Origin: Schizochytrium sp. TIO01
Taxonomy: Eukaryota; Protista; Bigyra: Labyrinthulomycetes
Assembly (NCBI GenBank): GCA_004764695.1
Contig: SMSO01000004.1
Coordinates: 496,001 to 560,000 of the forward strand
Length of the DNA stretch: 64,000 nucleotides
Direction of reading: 5' to 3'
The notes beneath the pieces are model-generated. The model was given only the letters and a program-made list of their open reading frames with translations. It was not told the origin of the DNA and searched no databases. The position numbers were made by a program, and so were the translations under genes. Every line of letters begins with the position of its first letter. Positions within the stretch are counted from its first letter, which is position 1. Positions 54,639 to 64,000 of this stretch are shown in pieces.

Positions 54639-56180
54639 AGAGAAATGCTCGCGTGGTGTGATGGCTGTCTAACAATAAGAAATGCTTATTTTCATTTCAC
54701 ATTTCATTTTTCTTTTTTTAAACCTACCTATCAGTACTTTCGTTATATACAACATCATGAGAAAGCCTGGCCTCAATGCATTTAGTAAATTCGCTGTGAG
54801 TGACAAACTCCTGCCAACGTCACTCAACAGAAGGCACCTCGTTCTACAGGTATGATTCTTCGCTGCAGTGTGGTGTCTTCAGTGTATAAACCCTTGCGCG
54901 AAGGTAGTTTTAGAAGGATGCAGTGCAATATACAGAAGCAGCTCAAGTCATGGATCAATGCGCACGCGATAGAAATGCAATGCCACTTACTTCTGATTTT
55001 ACTGTAATTCATATCTTTGTTTCTTTAATAACTCTTCTTCTTTTTTTTTCAAGTGCACTCTTTTTTTTTCTTTTTATGCTTGTGGCTGCTCAAGTATTGC
55101 TGTGATCATCAGACAGAGGAAAAGAACGAGTAGGCCTATGATATATGAATGTATGTGATCTAAAGCAATTCACAACAGGATTTTTTAAGAGTGGAGTTGC
55201 CTCCGTAGATCTAGCAGAATAAAGCCCACATGTTTTTTTCTCCTTTGAGCAAATAAGTATTTCATTCGCTCCTCTGCTGTGTAAGATGGCAGTACTTGAA
55301 TACTTAACTAGTGCTAGCCCTTGCTGAGTTTCCTGTCAGTGAGGCTTGTGAGGGCACTTCTCCCCCGGTCACTATAAATGGAGCATTGCTATTCAGTGTG
55401 TAGTGGGGAGGGAATAAGATACCTTCAGTAGAACTCTGCCTCTCATGTCACTGGATTCATGCAGAGGCAGAGTTCATGGGTGTAGAAACTGGAGAGGCAG
55501 AGCCCTCAACTTTGTTATTTTCTTTCGTTTCTTAGTTTGTTGCAGTTGCTGTTACCGAGATGCCGAGAGGGCGATGGAGAAAAGAAGGCTTCTTCTCCAC
55601 CTATCTACTTATTGTCGCAGTCCGTATCGTCTACCACTTTACTTGAACTAAAGCTGCAGTCTACTTTAAAATCCACCAAACTTGCCAGCTGCAGTTGCAG
55701 TCGTTCGGCCAATCTGATCTATAGCACCACCCTCTACAATCTCATAGTTTGGGCAGCGCTAAGAGCACAGTTTGAGCAGCACTGGTGCTCTTCACGGGGT
55801 CTTACTGTGACCGAGAAGCGCTTTCTTTTGCTCTTTCCTTTCTTCTTCTTCTTTTTCTTCTTCTTCACCTAAACATTTTTTATTCAAATAGTAAAAATAA
55901 TGATGTATTTATCTTTATTTATTAATTATTATTATTTTAATTAATATTAATATTATTATTATTATTATTATTTTCTCATGGTCATGTTGCTTCCTTGGAT
56001 ACAATAAATGTTCAATTTAAGAAGTTTTATCATAACTGGTAGTCGTGTTTCAATTTCTTTTGCTCCCGCCACGTTCCATTTGTTCTAGCTGGCGTGGAGT
56101 CCGCGAATCTTGGATTGGAACCACGCGAATGCAGAGACTGCGAAAGAAGAAGCACAGACTGATAATAGACATACACAGAA

Positions 56181-56217
<37 letters not shown>

Positions 56218-56705
56218 CTCTACTTACCTGCCTATCTCTATCTGCCTAACTAACTAACTCACGACTGCCTGCTGACTGACTAACTGACTCAGCTGCCCTC
56301 TAAAAGGATCATCCTTCACAACCTAATCAGACGAGTTGTAGAAACGGACGCATACGATAGATGTAAGCAGAGACCACTTCTTTCTATCTTTCTATCTTTC
56401 TATCTTTCTGTCTTTCTGTCTTTCTGTCTTTCTGCCTTTCTGTCTTTCTGCTAAAAGGCTCTCATCATCCTTGTTTTCTGTCATTTTCATAACATAACAC
56501 ACATACATCAGAAACAGCGAAATAAGGATAGCAAACACGAAAAGGTGTTTAGTTTCATTTTTCATGGAAATTTAGAATTGACATGAAGGAGCAGCCATGG
56601 CTAATAGATTGAAAATAAACTGTCAGTAAACCTCCTACAACAGAGAAAACAGGCCATAAGAGCAGTAGAATGAGCTGACATATCATACTACTACGTACAC
56701 GGCTG

Positions 56706-56911
56706 TGCAATGCAACGTAATACAATACAACGCAATGCAACGCGATGCAAAACAATGATTGCAATGCAATGCAATGCAATGCAATGTAATGCAATGTAAT
56801 GTAATGCAATGTAATGTAATGCAATGTAATGCAAAAAAGCTCACATGGCCCTAACAGCAGCGATAATAAATCTGCCGTTTGTGTTCTACTTCAGACTCAT
56901 TCATTCATTCA

Positions 56912-56980
<69 letters not shown>

Positions 56981-57037
56981 ATAAGGTGAGTGAGTGAGTG
57001 AGTGAGTGAGTGAGTGAGTGAGTGAGTGAGTGAGTGA
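56706..57037. repeat. Compound microsatellite block: (AATGC/AATGT)n, then (TTCA)n(TTGC)n(GTGA)n
   Basis: Directly visible at 56706-56834 and 56898-57037. Confidence 0.95.
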
Positions 57038-58106
57038 ATAGACGTTCTTAGATGTTCTCTAGCTAATCTATTGTTTTTCATCCCCTTAGTATCAGCACCC
57101 TATCCACCACTATCTCTACCGATATGCCCTCTCTATATACCAGCTAGCTAGCTAGCTTAGCTATCTGCCTTTCCCAACAGCAAGACTCCTCTGTGCCCTC
57201 CCTACCCCTCTTCACCTCTTTTTAAAGCTTTTCTCAGCTCTTTTCACTGTTTCTCAGAAACCTGCTGTGAAAATTCTCAGATTTTTTTATTTACAAAGAA
57301 ATCTTGCGTGCTTCTTCTTGCTGGCTGTCTCAACGCTGTCTGCTCTCCAATTTACAGGCACCAGCTTCTTTCAGTCGGTCAGTGGCGTGGCTCCTCAAAA
57401 GCTGTAGCCGCCTGGCAAAGGCGGTATCGGGCCTGCTTTGTTGTGAACATTAATAATTTGATTAATCGCTCAATCGATTACTCCGTCACCCGATCCATCG
57501 ATCATTTATTGGTTTCACTGTTTATTTTCTCTTCTTACTTAGAGATTAATCTCTTTCTTTCTAATTTTTTCTCTTTTTCTTCTTTGCTATATTTATCAAC
57601 TCTACAAAAGAAAAGATTAATGAAGTAAAAATAGGAAGTTTTCTATTTTTACCTCTTCCTCCTCTTCTTCGTTTTCTTCATTATAACCCTCCCGCATATG
57701 TTTGTTAACGATCTCTTTTACGATAAATGTTGTTTTGAGGCTAAACACAAAACTTTTTAGACATGTAAACATTTTTACATAATATAAGGAATTATTAACG
57801 CTTTAATGGTGTGACTACAACAACTACTAGGTTTCCTTTTTAATTCATAAAAACAATTCTATCTTCAAAGTAACTAAAACTTTACTTAATCGATTGCGAT
57901 TGATTAAGACTGAAATGATCCAATCAATCGAACAATCAGACATTCAATCAGAATCATAGAAAGCAAAGCTCTAAAGCAAAAGCCCTCGGGCTCTGTCTCT
58001 GTATCAGACAGAAGACAGAAGACTCTTCCTTCGCCTCCCTCAGAGGGAGCGAGCGAGTGCTCAAGTGAGTGAGTGAGCAAGCGCGTTCACCAAAGACCTG
58101 CCCAAA

Positions 58107-61100
58107 ATGTGGAGCCGCAGGGTTACTACTGCCACTGCCGTGGTTCAGGCTGCCCGCCGTGCTGGCGTGCGCAGCCTTGCCAGCGTGCCCAAGAAGGCGC
58201 CTCACCCCAACGAGTCGTTCCTCCAGGGCAACAGCGCCGTCTACCTTGAGCAGATGTATGAGGTCTACAAGACCAACCCTGACAAGGTCGACGCGTCTCT
58301 TGCGACCTACTTTCGCAACGTAGACAATGGTCTCGACGCAGGCCAGGCCTTCCAGCCCTACCCGGGCCTCACCACCCAGCTCTCGGCTGCCTCTTCCTCT
58401 GTCGCTGCTGGACACAACATCAGTGAGACCAAGGCCGCAGCCGACACCATCAACTTGCTGCAGCTTATTCGCGCCTACCAGACCCGTGGTCATGAGCAGG
58501 CCAACCTCGACCCCCTCGGCATTACCAAGCCCTCAGATCTCCCTGACTTGGACTACCGCACCTACGGCTTCACTGAGGCCGACCTCGAGCGTCAATTCGA
58601 CCTCTCCGGTGTGGAGAAGGAGATCAAGGGCATCCTCGGACTCAACCGCCCTGCTAAGCTCGGCGAGATCCTCGGCACGCTCGAGGAGGCCTACTGTGGC
58701 AATGTTGGTCTCGAGTACATGCACATCATGGACCGCGAAAAGTGCAACTTCATCCGTGAGCGCTTCGAGAAGCCGCACGCCATCAAGGATGGCCTCACCA
58801 AGGAGGAGCGTCTTCAGATCCTCGAGCGTCTGACCTTCGCCGTCATGTGGGAGTCCTTCTTGTCCACCAAGTGGAACACTGCTAAACGCTTCGGTCTCGA
58901 GGGTGCTGAGTCCTTCATCCCTGGTTTCAAGTCCCTCATCGACCAAGCTACCCTCAACGGAGTTGAGAACGTCGTTATCGGTATGCCTCACCGTGGCCGC
59001 CTTAACGTCATCGCCAACGTGGTTCGCAAGGATCTCTACAAGATCTTCCTCCAGTTCAAGGGTCTTAGTGTTCAGAACGAGGCCATGTTCAAGAGTCTCC
59101 GTGGTGATGACTACGCTATCAGTGGTGATGTCAAGTACCACTTGGGTATGACTTACAAGCGCAAGTACCCCGACGGTCGCCAGGTCGAGCTTTCTCTCGC
59201 TGCCAACCCGTCCCACCTTGAGGCTGTTGACCCTGTCGTCGTCGGTAAGGCCCGCGCCAAGCAGTACTACGACAACGACGAGGAGGGCAACCGCACCATG
59301 CCTGTGCTTATCCACGGTGATGCCGCTTTCTGTGGCCAAGGTGTCGTATACGAGACCATGAACATGAGCGGACTCCCGGACTACAAGACTGGTGGTTGCA
59401 TTCACATCATTGTTAACAACCAGATCGGTTTCACCACTGATCCTCGTCAGAGCCGCTCCACTCGCTACTGCACTGACCTCGGTCGTGCTTTCGACTGTCC
59501 TATCTTCCACGTGAACGCTGACGACCCCGAGGCCGTTGCGTACATCTTCAAGGTCGCCGCTGACTACCGTCACAAGTACCACTCTGATGTTATCATCGAC
59601 GTGGTTGGCTACCGCCGCAACGGCCACAACGAGATGGATCAACCCCTCTTCACTCAGCCTAACATGTACCAGATCATCAAGAAGACCCCGAGCGTTCTTG
59701 ACAAGTACAGCACCCACGCCATCGAGTCCGGCCTCTGCGACCAGGCACACGTGGCCTCTGTCAAGAACATGGTCATGGAGATCTATGAGGAGGAGTTCCG
59801 CAAATCCACCGAGCCTAACCAGTACATTGATGACAACGAGTGGATCGACTCCAAGTGGGAGGGCCAGACCGCTATTGGCAAGTTTTCCAAGCGCCAACCC
59901 ACCCGTGTCGATGAGGATGTCCTCAAGAACATCGGTGAGGTTATCTTCCAGCCTCCTGAGGGATTCTCTCCCCACCGTACCATCAAGAAGCTCCTCAAGG
60001 ACAAGCTTGAGATGGTCCGCTCCGGTGAGAACATTGACTGGGGATGTGCTGAGCTCCTCGCGTATGGTTCCCTCCTTCTTGAGGGCAAGCACGTCCGCGT
60101 CAGTGGCCAGGACTCCCAGCGTGGTACCTTCTCCCACCGTCATGCCGTGCTCCACGACCAGAACGAGCCGTACGGCACTTGGTCTGGTTTGAACGAGCTC
60201 TCCAACGCCTCCAACGTCAAGGCCATCGGTGAGGGTAACGACAAGATCGCCAAGGCCTCTGTCTGCAACTCCCCTCTTAGCGAGTACGGTATCATGGGCT
60301 TTGAGCTTGGATACGCTCTCGAGGACCCCAACGCCCTCATTATCTGGGAGGCTCAGTTCGGTGACTTCTCCAACGGTGCCCAGATCGTCGTCGACCAGTT
60401 CATCAGCTGTGGTGAGACTAAGTGGAACCGCCAGTGTGGTCTCACCCTCATGCTTCCCCACGGATATGATGGCCAGGGTCCTGAGCACAGTTCCTGCCGT
60501 ATTGAGCGCTTCCTCCAGCTCTCCGATGAGGACCCTGATCAGATCCCTGAGCACTCCGGCCGTGAGCAGAGTATGGCTATCCAGAACAACAACTGGCAGG
60601 TCTGTAACGTCACCACCCCGGCCCAGATCTTCCACTTGCTCCGTCGTCAGGTCCACCGTGGCTTCCGCAAGCCTCTTGTCATCGCCACCCCCAAGAGCAT
60701 GCTCAAGGATGACCTTGTCCGCTGCACCATGGAGGACCTCGCCGGCCCCGATGCTTACTTCCACCGCTGTCTTCTTGAGTCTGACCCTGTAGTCAACGCC
60801 ACCCCTGATGAAGACATTCGCCGTGTCATCTTCTGTACTGGTAAGATCTACTACGAGCTCGCTACCTACCGTAAGAAGCACGACATCAAGGATGTTGCCA
60901 TCATCCGTATTGAGCAGATCACGCCGTTCCCCTTTGACCGCGTCGCTGAGACATACCAGAAGTACCCCAACGCCAAGCTCGTCTTTTGCCAGGAAGAGCC
61001 CAAGAACATGGGTACCTGGTACTTCTGTGATGACCGCATCTACACCGCTATTCGCCAGGTTCGTCTCGACCGTGGCGAGAACATTGAAAACGAGCCCGAG

Positions 61101-61229
61101 CTTCGCTGTGAATACGTTGGTCGCTCTACTATGGCCAGTCCCGCCGTGGGTTACGGTGGTGTCCACGCCCTTGAGCAGCAGGATATCATCGAGCGTGCTT
61201 TTGCAGAAAACCCGGCCTCTGAGGAGTAA
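58107..61229 (+). CDS. OGDH: 2-oxoglutarate dehydrogenase E1 component, mitochondrial precursor (intronless)
   Basis: Arg/Ala-rich presequence. Motifs ESFLQGNSAVYLEQMY, KRFGLEGAE, GMPHRGRLN, GDVKYHLG, NPSHLE, the ThDP-binding HGDAAFCGQG...NNQIGFTT, RVSGQDSQRGTFSHRH, WEAQFGDF and LPHGYDGQGPEHSS. Very strong codon bias. Confidence 0.98.
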   Translation: MWSRRVTTATAVVQAARRAGVRSLASVPKKAPHPNESFLQGNSAVYLEQMYEVYKTNPDKVDASLATYFRNVDNGLDAGQAFQPYPGLTTQLSAASSSVAAGHNISETKAAADTINLLQLIRAYQTRGHEQANLDPLGITKPSDLPDLDYRTYGFTEADLERQFDLSGVEKEIKGILGLNRPAKLGEILGTLEEAYCGNVGLEYMHIMDREKCNFIRERFEKPHAIKDGLTKEERLQILERLTFAVMWESFLSTKWNTAKRFGLEGAESFIPGFKSLIDQATLNGVENVVIGMPHRGRLNVIANVVRKDLYKIFLQFKGLSVQNEAMFKSLRGDDYAISGDVKYHLGMTYKRKYPDGRQVELSLAANPSHLEAVDPVVVGKARAKQYYDNDEEGNRTMPVLIHGDAAFCGQGVVYETMNMSGLPDYKTGGCIHIIVNNQIGFTTDPRQSRSTRYCTDLGRAFDCPIFHVNADDPEAVAYIFKVAADYRHKYHSDVIIDVVGYRRNGHNEMDQPLFTQPNMYQIIKKTPSVLDKYSTHAIESGLCDQAHVASVKNMVMEIYEEEFRKSTEPNQYIDDNEWIDSKWEGQTAIGKFSKRQPTRVDEDVLKNIGEVIFQPPEGFSPHRTIKKLLKDKLEMVRSGENIDWGCAELLAYGSLLLEGKHVRVSGQDSQRGTFSHRHAVLHDQNEPYGTWSGLNELSNASNVKAIGEGNDKIAKASVCNSPLSEYGIMGFELGYALEDPNALIIWEAQFGDFSNGAQIVVDQFISCGETKWNRQCGLTLMLPHGYDGQGPEHSSCRIERFLQLSDEDPDQIPEHSGREQSMAIQNNNWQVCNVTTPAQIFHLLRRQVHRGFRKPLVIATPKSMLKDDLVRCTMEDLAGPDAYFHRCLLESDPVVNATPDEDIRRVIFCTGKIYYELATYRKKHDIKDVAIIRIEQITPFPFDRVAETYQKYPNAKLVFCQEEPKNMGTWYFCDDRIYTAIRQVRLDRGENIENEPELRCEYVGRSTMASPAVGYGGVHALEQQDIIERAFAENPASEE

Positions 61230-61948
61230 TTTCAGTTCATTTTCACCTTGCTTTTTTGAATTTACTTTTCATCATGTCTTACCAAGGTTAGTGTTTTTCA
61301 CCAAGAATCACAATCCATTTGACTTTTCTTCTTTGTTGATGAAGAATAGAACAAATGAACTTTGGTGTTGCAACTCATTTCCCGTGCTATCATCTTCAAA
61401 AATACTCAATAGACATTTATATCATCACAATAACAACAAAGAACCTGCTATGTTTTTCTTTCTCTCGCTTATTCGTAGTACCTCTCATGCTCGACATATG
61501 TTCAAGACTCTGAACTGTTTTAGTAAACAATTTATGCGGCACCAACTGTAAACCGGAGAGTCAAGATTTAGCTACCTCTCTTTTCCCTGTGAACGGGCGC
61601 GTCCGGTTCTTTGATTATTCATGTTTGCTATTTGCTCCATGTAATCAGTACTATGTCTGTAGTATATTTATATATCCTTCTCTTTTCACCATTCTCACCA
61701 CTCTCACTTTGGTGAACTCTAATCAAAACATCCCAAATGTTGTGACAGAGACTTTGTATTTTGGGCGCTTATCAACAAGGTAGTGCTTTCTTGTAAGGAA
61801 TCTCCCCTTCGTGCAAAGTGAAATGCATGTTTAACTTATAGTTGATATCTTTCTTTTTATTAATTAAAATATGCTGTTTTTTTTATTTTTATAGATTATT
61901 CGATATGAAATCCCGAATAATTGTGCCCATCTTATGCATTCACATCTT

Positions 61949-64000
61949 TCATGCATTCACATCTTTGGTGAGAATGAGGCTCAATAGGAGAATTGCCCGG
62001 GCAGCACGACAGCTTGCAGAATTCGAAAACCCGCAATCAGAGACGTGAGGTGGAGCAGAAGCATGTAAAGCAGAATCAAAACCACTTACCAAGGTATCTC
62101 TAAAAGCTGCGCGAATGAGGAACAGTAACTTCGAGTTTGCAAATGCTTCAGCAGCTTCGTTTGCCACCCCAGTTGACGTGAAGTTAGAGCCCGCAAGAGA
62201 TGTTCGCATTCCCATTTCTGCAAATTAGCATGTTCGTTGAATGATGCATTTGATATGGAATTGGACATCAGCAGAATTGGACATTGGACACCCGTGCCAT
62301 CCATAGTGTCCATATTAGGTATTTCAAGTTGTGTATCTGTCAGTCTTATGTTCGAATAACATTACCTTGCTTTAGCAAAAGGTTCATATGTCTATAACTT
62401 ACGCTGTTCCAGGGTGATGAGATTTTCCCAATCCCGAGGGAATAATTTCTGGTGTGCCTGATCCAAGATTGTCGGATCAAATGCACTCTTTTCAAAGGAC
62501 ATATCAAAATCTACAGGTGCAAGTAGAACATCCTGTTCCAATGGGGCATCGAGAATCACCATATTATTCGCATGAGAGTTGCAGTGCACACCAGTGTCAT
62601 CAGGGTAGGTTCCCCACGATAGTCCAGCTGCAGCCAGAGCATAGCATGTCACACCACACTGCCAGCCCAGGACAAAGGCCAGCTGCAAAAGAATGCTCCC
62701 ATTCGCCGTTTCATCTTCGGAAATCTCCTCCAGTGCACTTTCAAGATCCCGGACTGTAGGAGCCCACAGTGGATGCAATGAATACCTGATGCCGGGTACT
62801 TTCTCTTGAAGTTTCACAAGTCCTCGAAGATCCTGCACAGGAAGACCACACTCCGCAATGGTGGCGGTTTCCCACACTTCATCTTGCATGCCTCGTGCTT
62901 CAGAAATACGCCTCTGAAGTATTGGTATCGTGTCTTCTCCCATATGAGCGCACATCATTGGTATTAAAAGCTCAATTCCAGCAAGCACATGATCACCAAG
63001 GCGTCGATCACCTAGTGTCTCATAGACATTGCCAAAGCACGCAACCTCTTCAGGCAACCCAGGAGTATAATATCGGTAAAAGCAAACAGGGACATTTCCG
63101 GCACGAACCCCATACGGAGTAAGAACCTCGTGAACTAATTCACTCATTCGCATTTCTATTCTGGAGGTGTCTGCAAAGAGACATCCACGAACAGTCTCCT
63201 CGCCATGATCTCCACGAGTCTCGATGGTGAAGCCATCCTCATTATTCCCGCAGCCTTTGATACGGTAGGCACGATTGTTAAGGCGTACGATTGCAGATCG
63301 GACCCCGGAAGCACTGCACTTCAGAGCACTAGGCTCTTGCAATGCTTCCAGCTCTGTACACTTTATCATAGGCAATGTTGTGAGAGCCCCAGGGGCAAAG
63401 ACACTCTTTTCCGAAGAACTTGCAAACATACAATGCGCATGTGCAGGCATTCGAGGCTCCACAAGCACACGAGGCTCGATACCACCTTCATTATGGATTA
63501 TCACACTAGCATGGTCCTCAGAACTTGCATAGCTATCAGGAACAAAATGTGGTACAGAAAATATGCGTCCTGCGGTTGGTTTAAGCCAAGTTGGTGAGGA
63601 ACCAAAAAAGAGATCTGCGCGTGAATGAAGAATCAGTGCTTCTCTGCAGAGCTCGCAAGCAGAGTTTGATGGTGAATGCACAAAAAGACGATCCTCCTTG
63701 GTAAGTCCCATACCAATTTCATAGCTCATTTGTTCCTCAGAGGTCATACCCTCATCGAGATTAAACACTACATTTGTTGGGGGGTTCTTAGCAGTTGGCC
63801 CAGTTAGGAGATTGAGCCAGTGCGAGACCATCATTGTGCCACTAGCAAGGCATGGGCACACCCAAGACCCAAAAAAACGCGTCTCCGGAAGCACGGGACG
63901 AGGAATAAAGCGTAAATCAGATCGCTCGGAGATTTTTCCAGGCAACAAGAGGTCCATTACGCGAGAATGAACGCATTCCAAGAATGCTTCGAATCTGGAC
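61949..64000 (-). CDS. Uncharacterised protein-kinase-like (SelO/YdiU-like pseudokinase) protein, 5'-partial; exons >64000-62403 and 62217-61949
   Basis: The frame is open to the window edge. Ordered motifs: SGVRSAIV, YRIKGCG, VRG...SRIE, YETLGDRRL, WGTY..HCNSHANN, LAPVDFD. A phase-1 intron C|GTAAGT...gctaat..gcag|AA joins to MGMRTSLAG...FRDTLVSGF...LILTKDVNA*. Confidence 0.7.

Noticed and set aside
58533-61166. 877-aa antisense ORF inside OGDH (and similar shadow ORFs over WDR43 and the carrier at 10.5-11.2 kb)
   Set aside because: An expected artefact of strong codon bias on the sense strand; no motifs of its own.

Overview
This is eukaryotic genomic DNA with spliceosomal GT-AG introns, few introns per gene, and very dense microsatellites. 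The style fits a stramenopile, most likely a thraustochytrid of the Aurantiochytrium/Schizochytrium type (inference only). I can support 10 well-defined protein genes plus one weak small-gene model. In order: DBP2/DDX5 helicase (partial), a membrane-anchored purple acid phosphatase, two SLC25 mitochondrial carriers, WDR43/UTP5, CCDC115/VMA22, a membrane-anchored M14 carboxypeptidase, a small orphan gene, FAM192A/NIP30, 2-oxoglutarate dehydrogenase E1, and an unannotated protein-kinase-like protein with SelO-type pseudokinase motifs (5'-partial). Gene orientation alternates strictly: tight tail-to-tail pairs are separated by head-to-head spacers of up to 18.7 kb that hold microsatellites, hairpins and possible decayed genes. 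I recognised no tRNA, rRNA, CRISPR array or intact transposon. The best novelty candidate is the SelO-like pseudokinase lying tail-to-tail with OGDH E1, whose bacterial orthologue SucA is a reported SelO AMPylation substrate. The second is a strongly codon-biased SLC25 carrier with non-canonical signature motifs.
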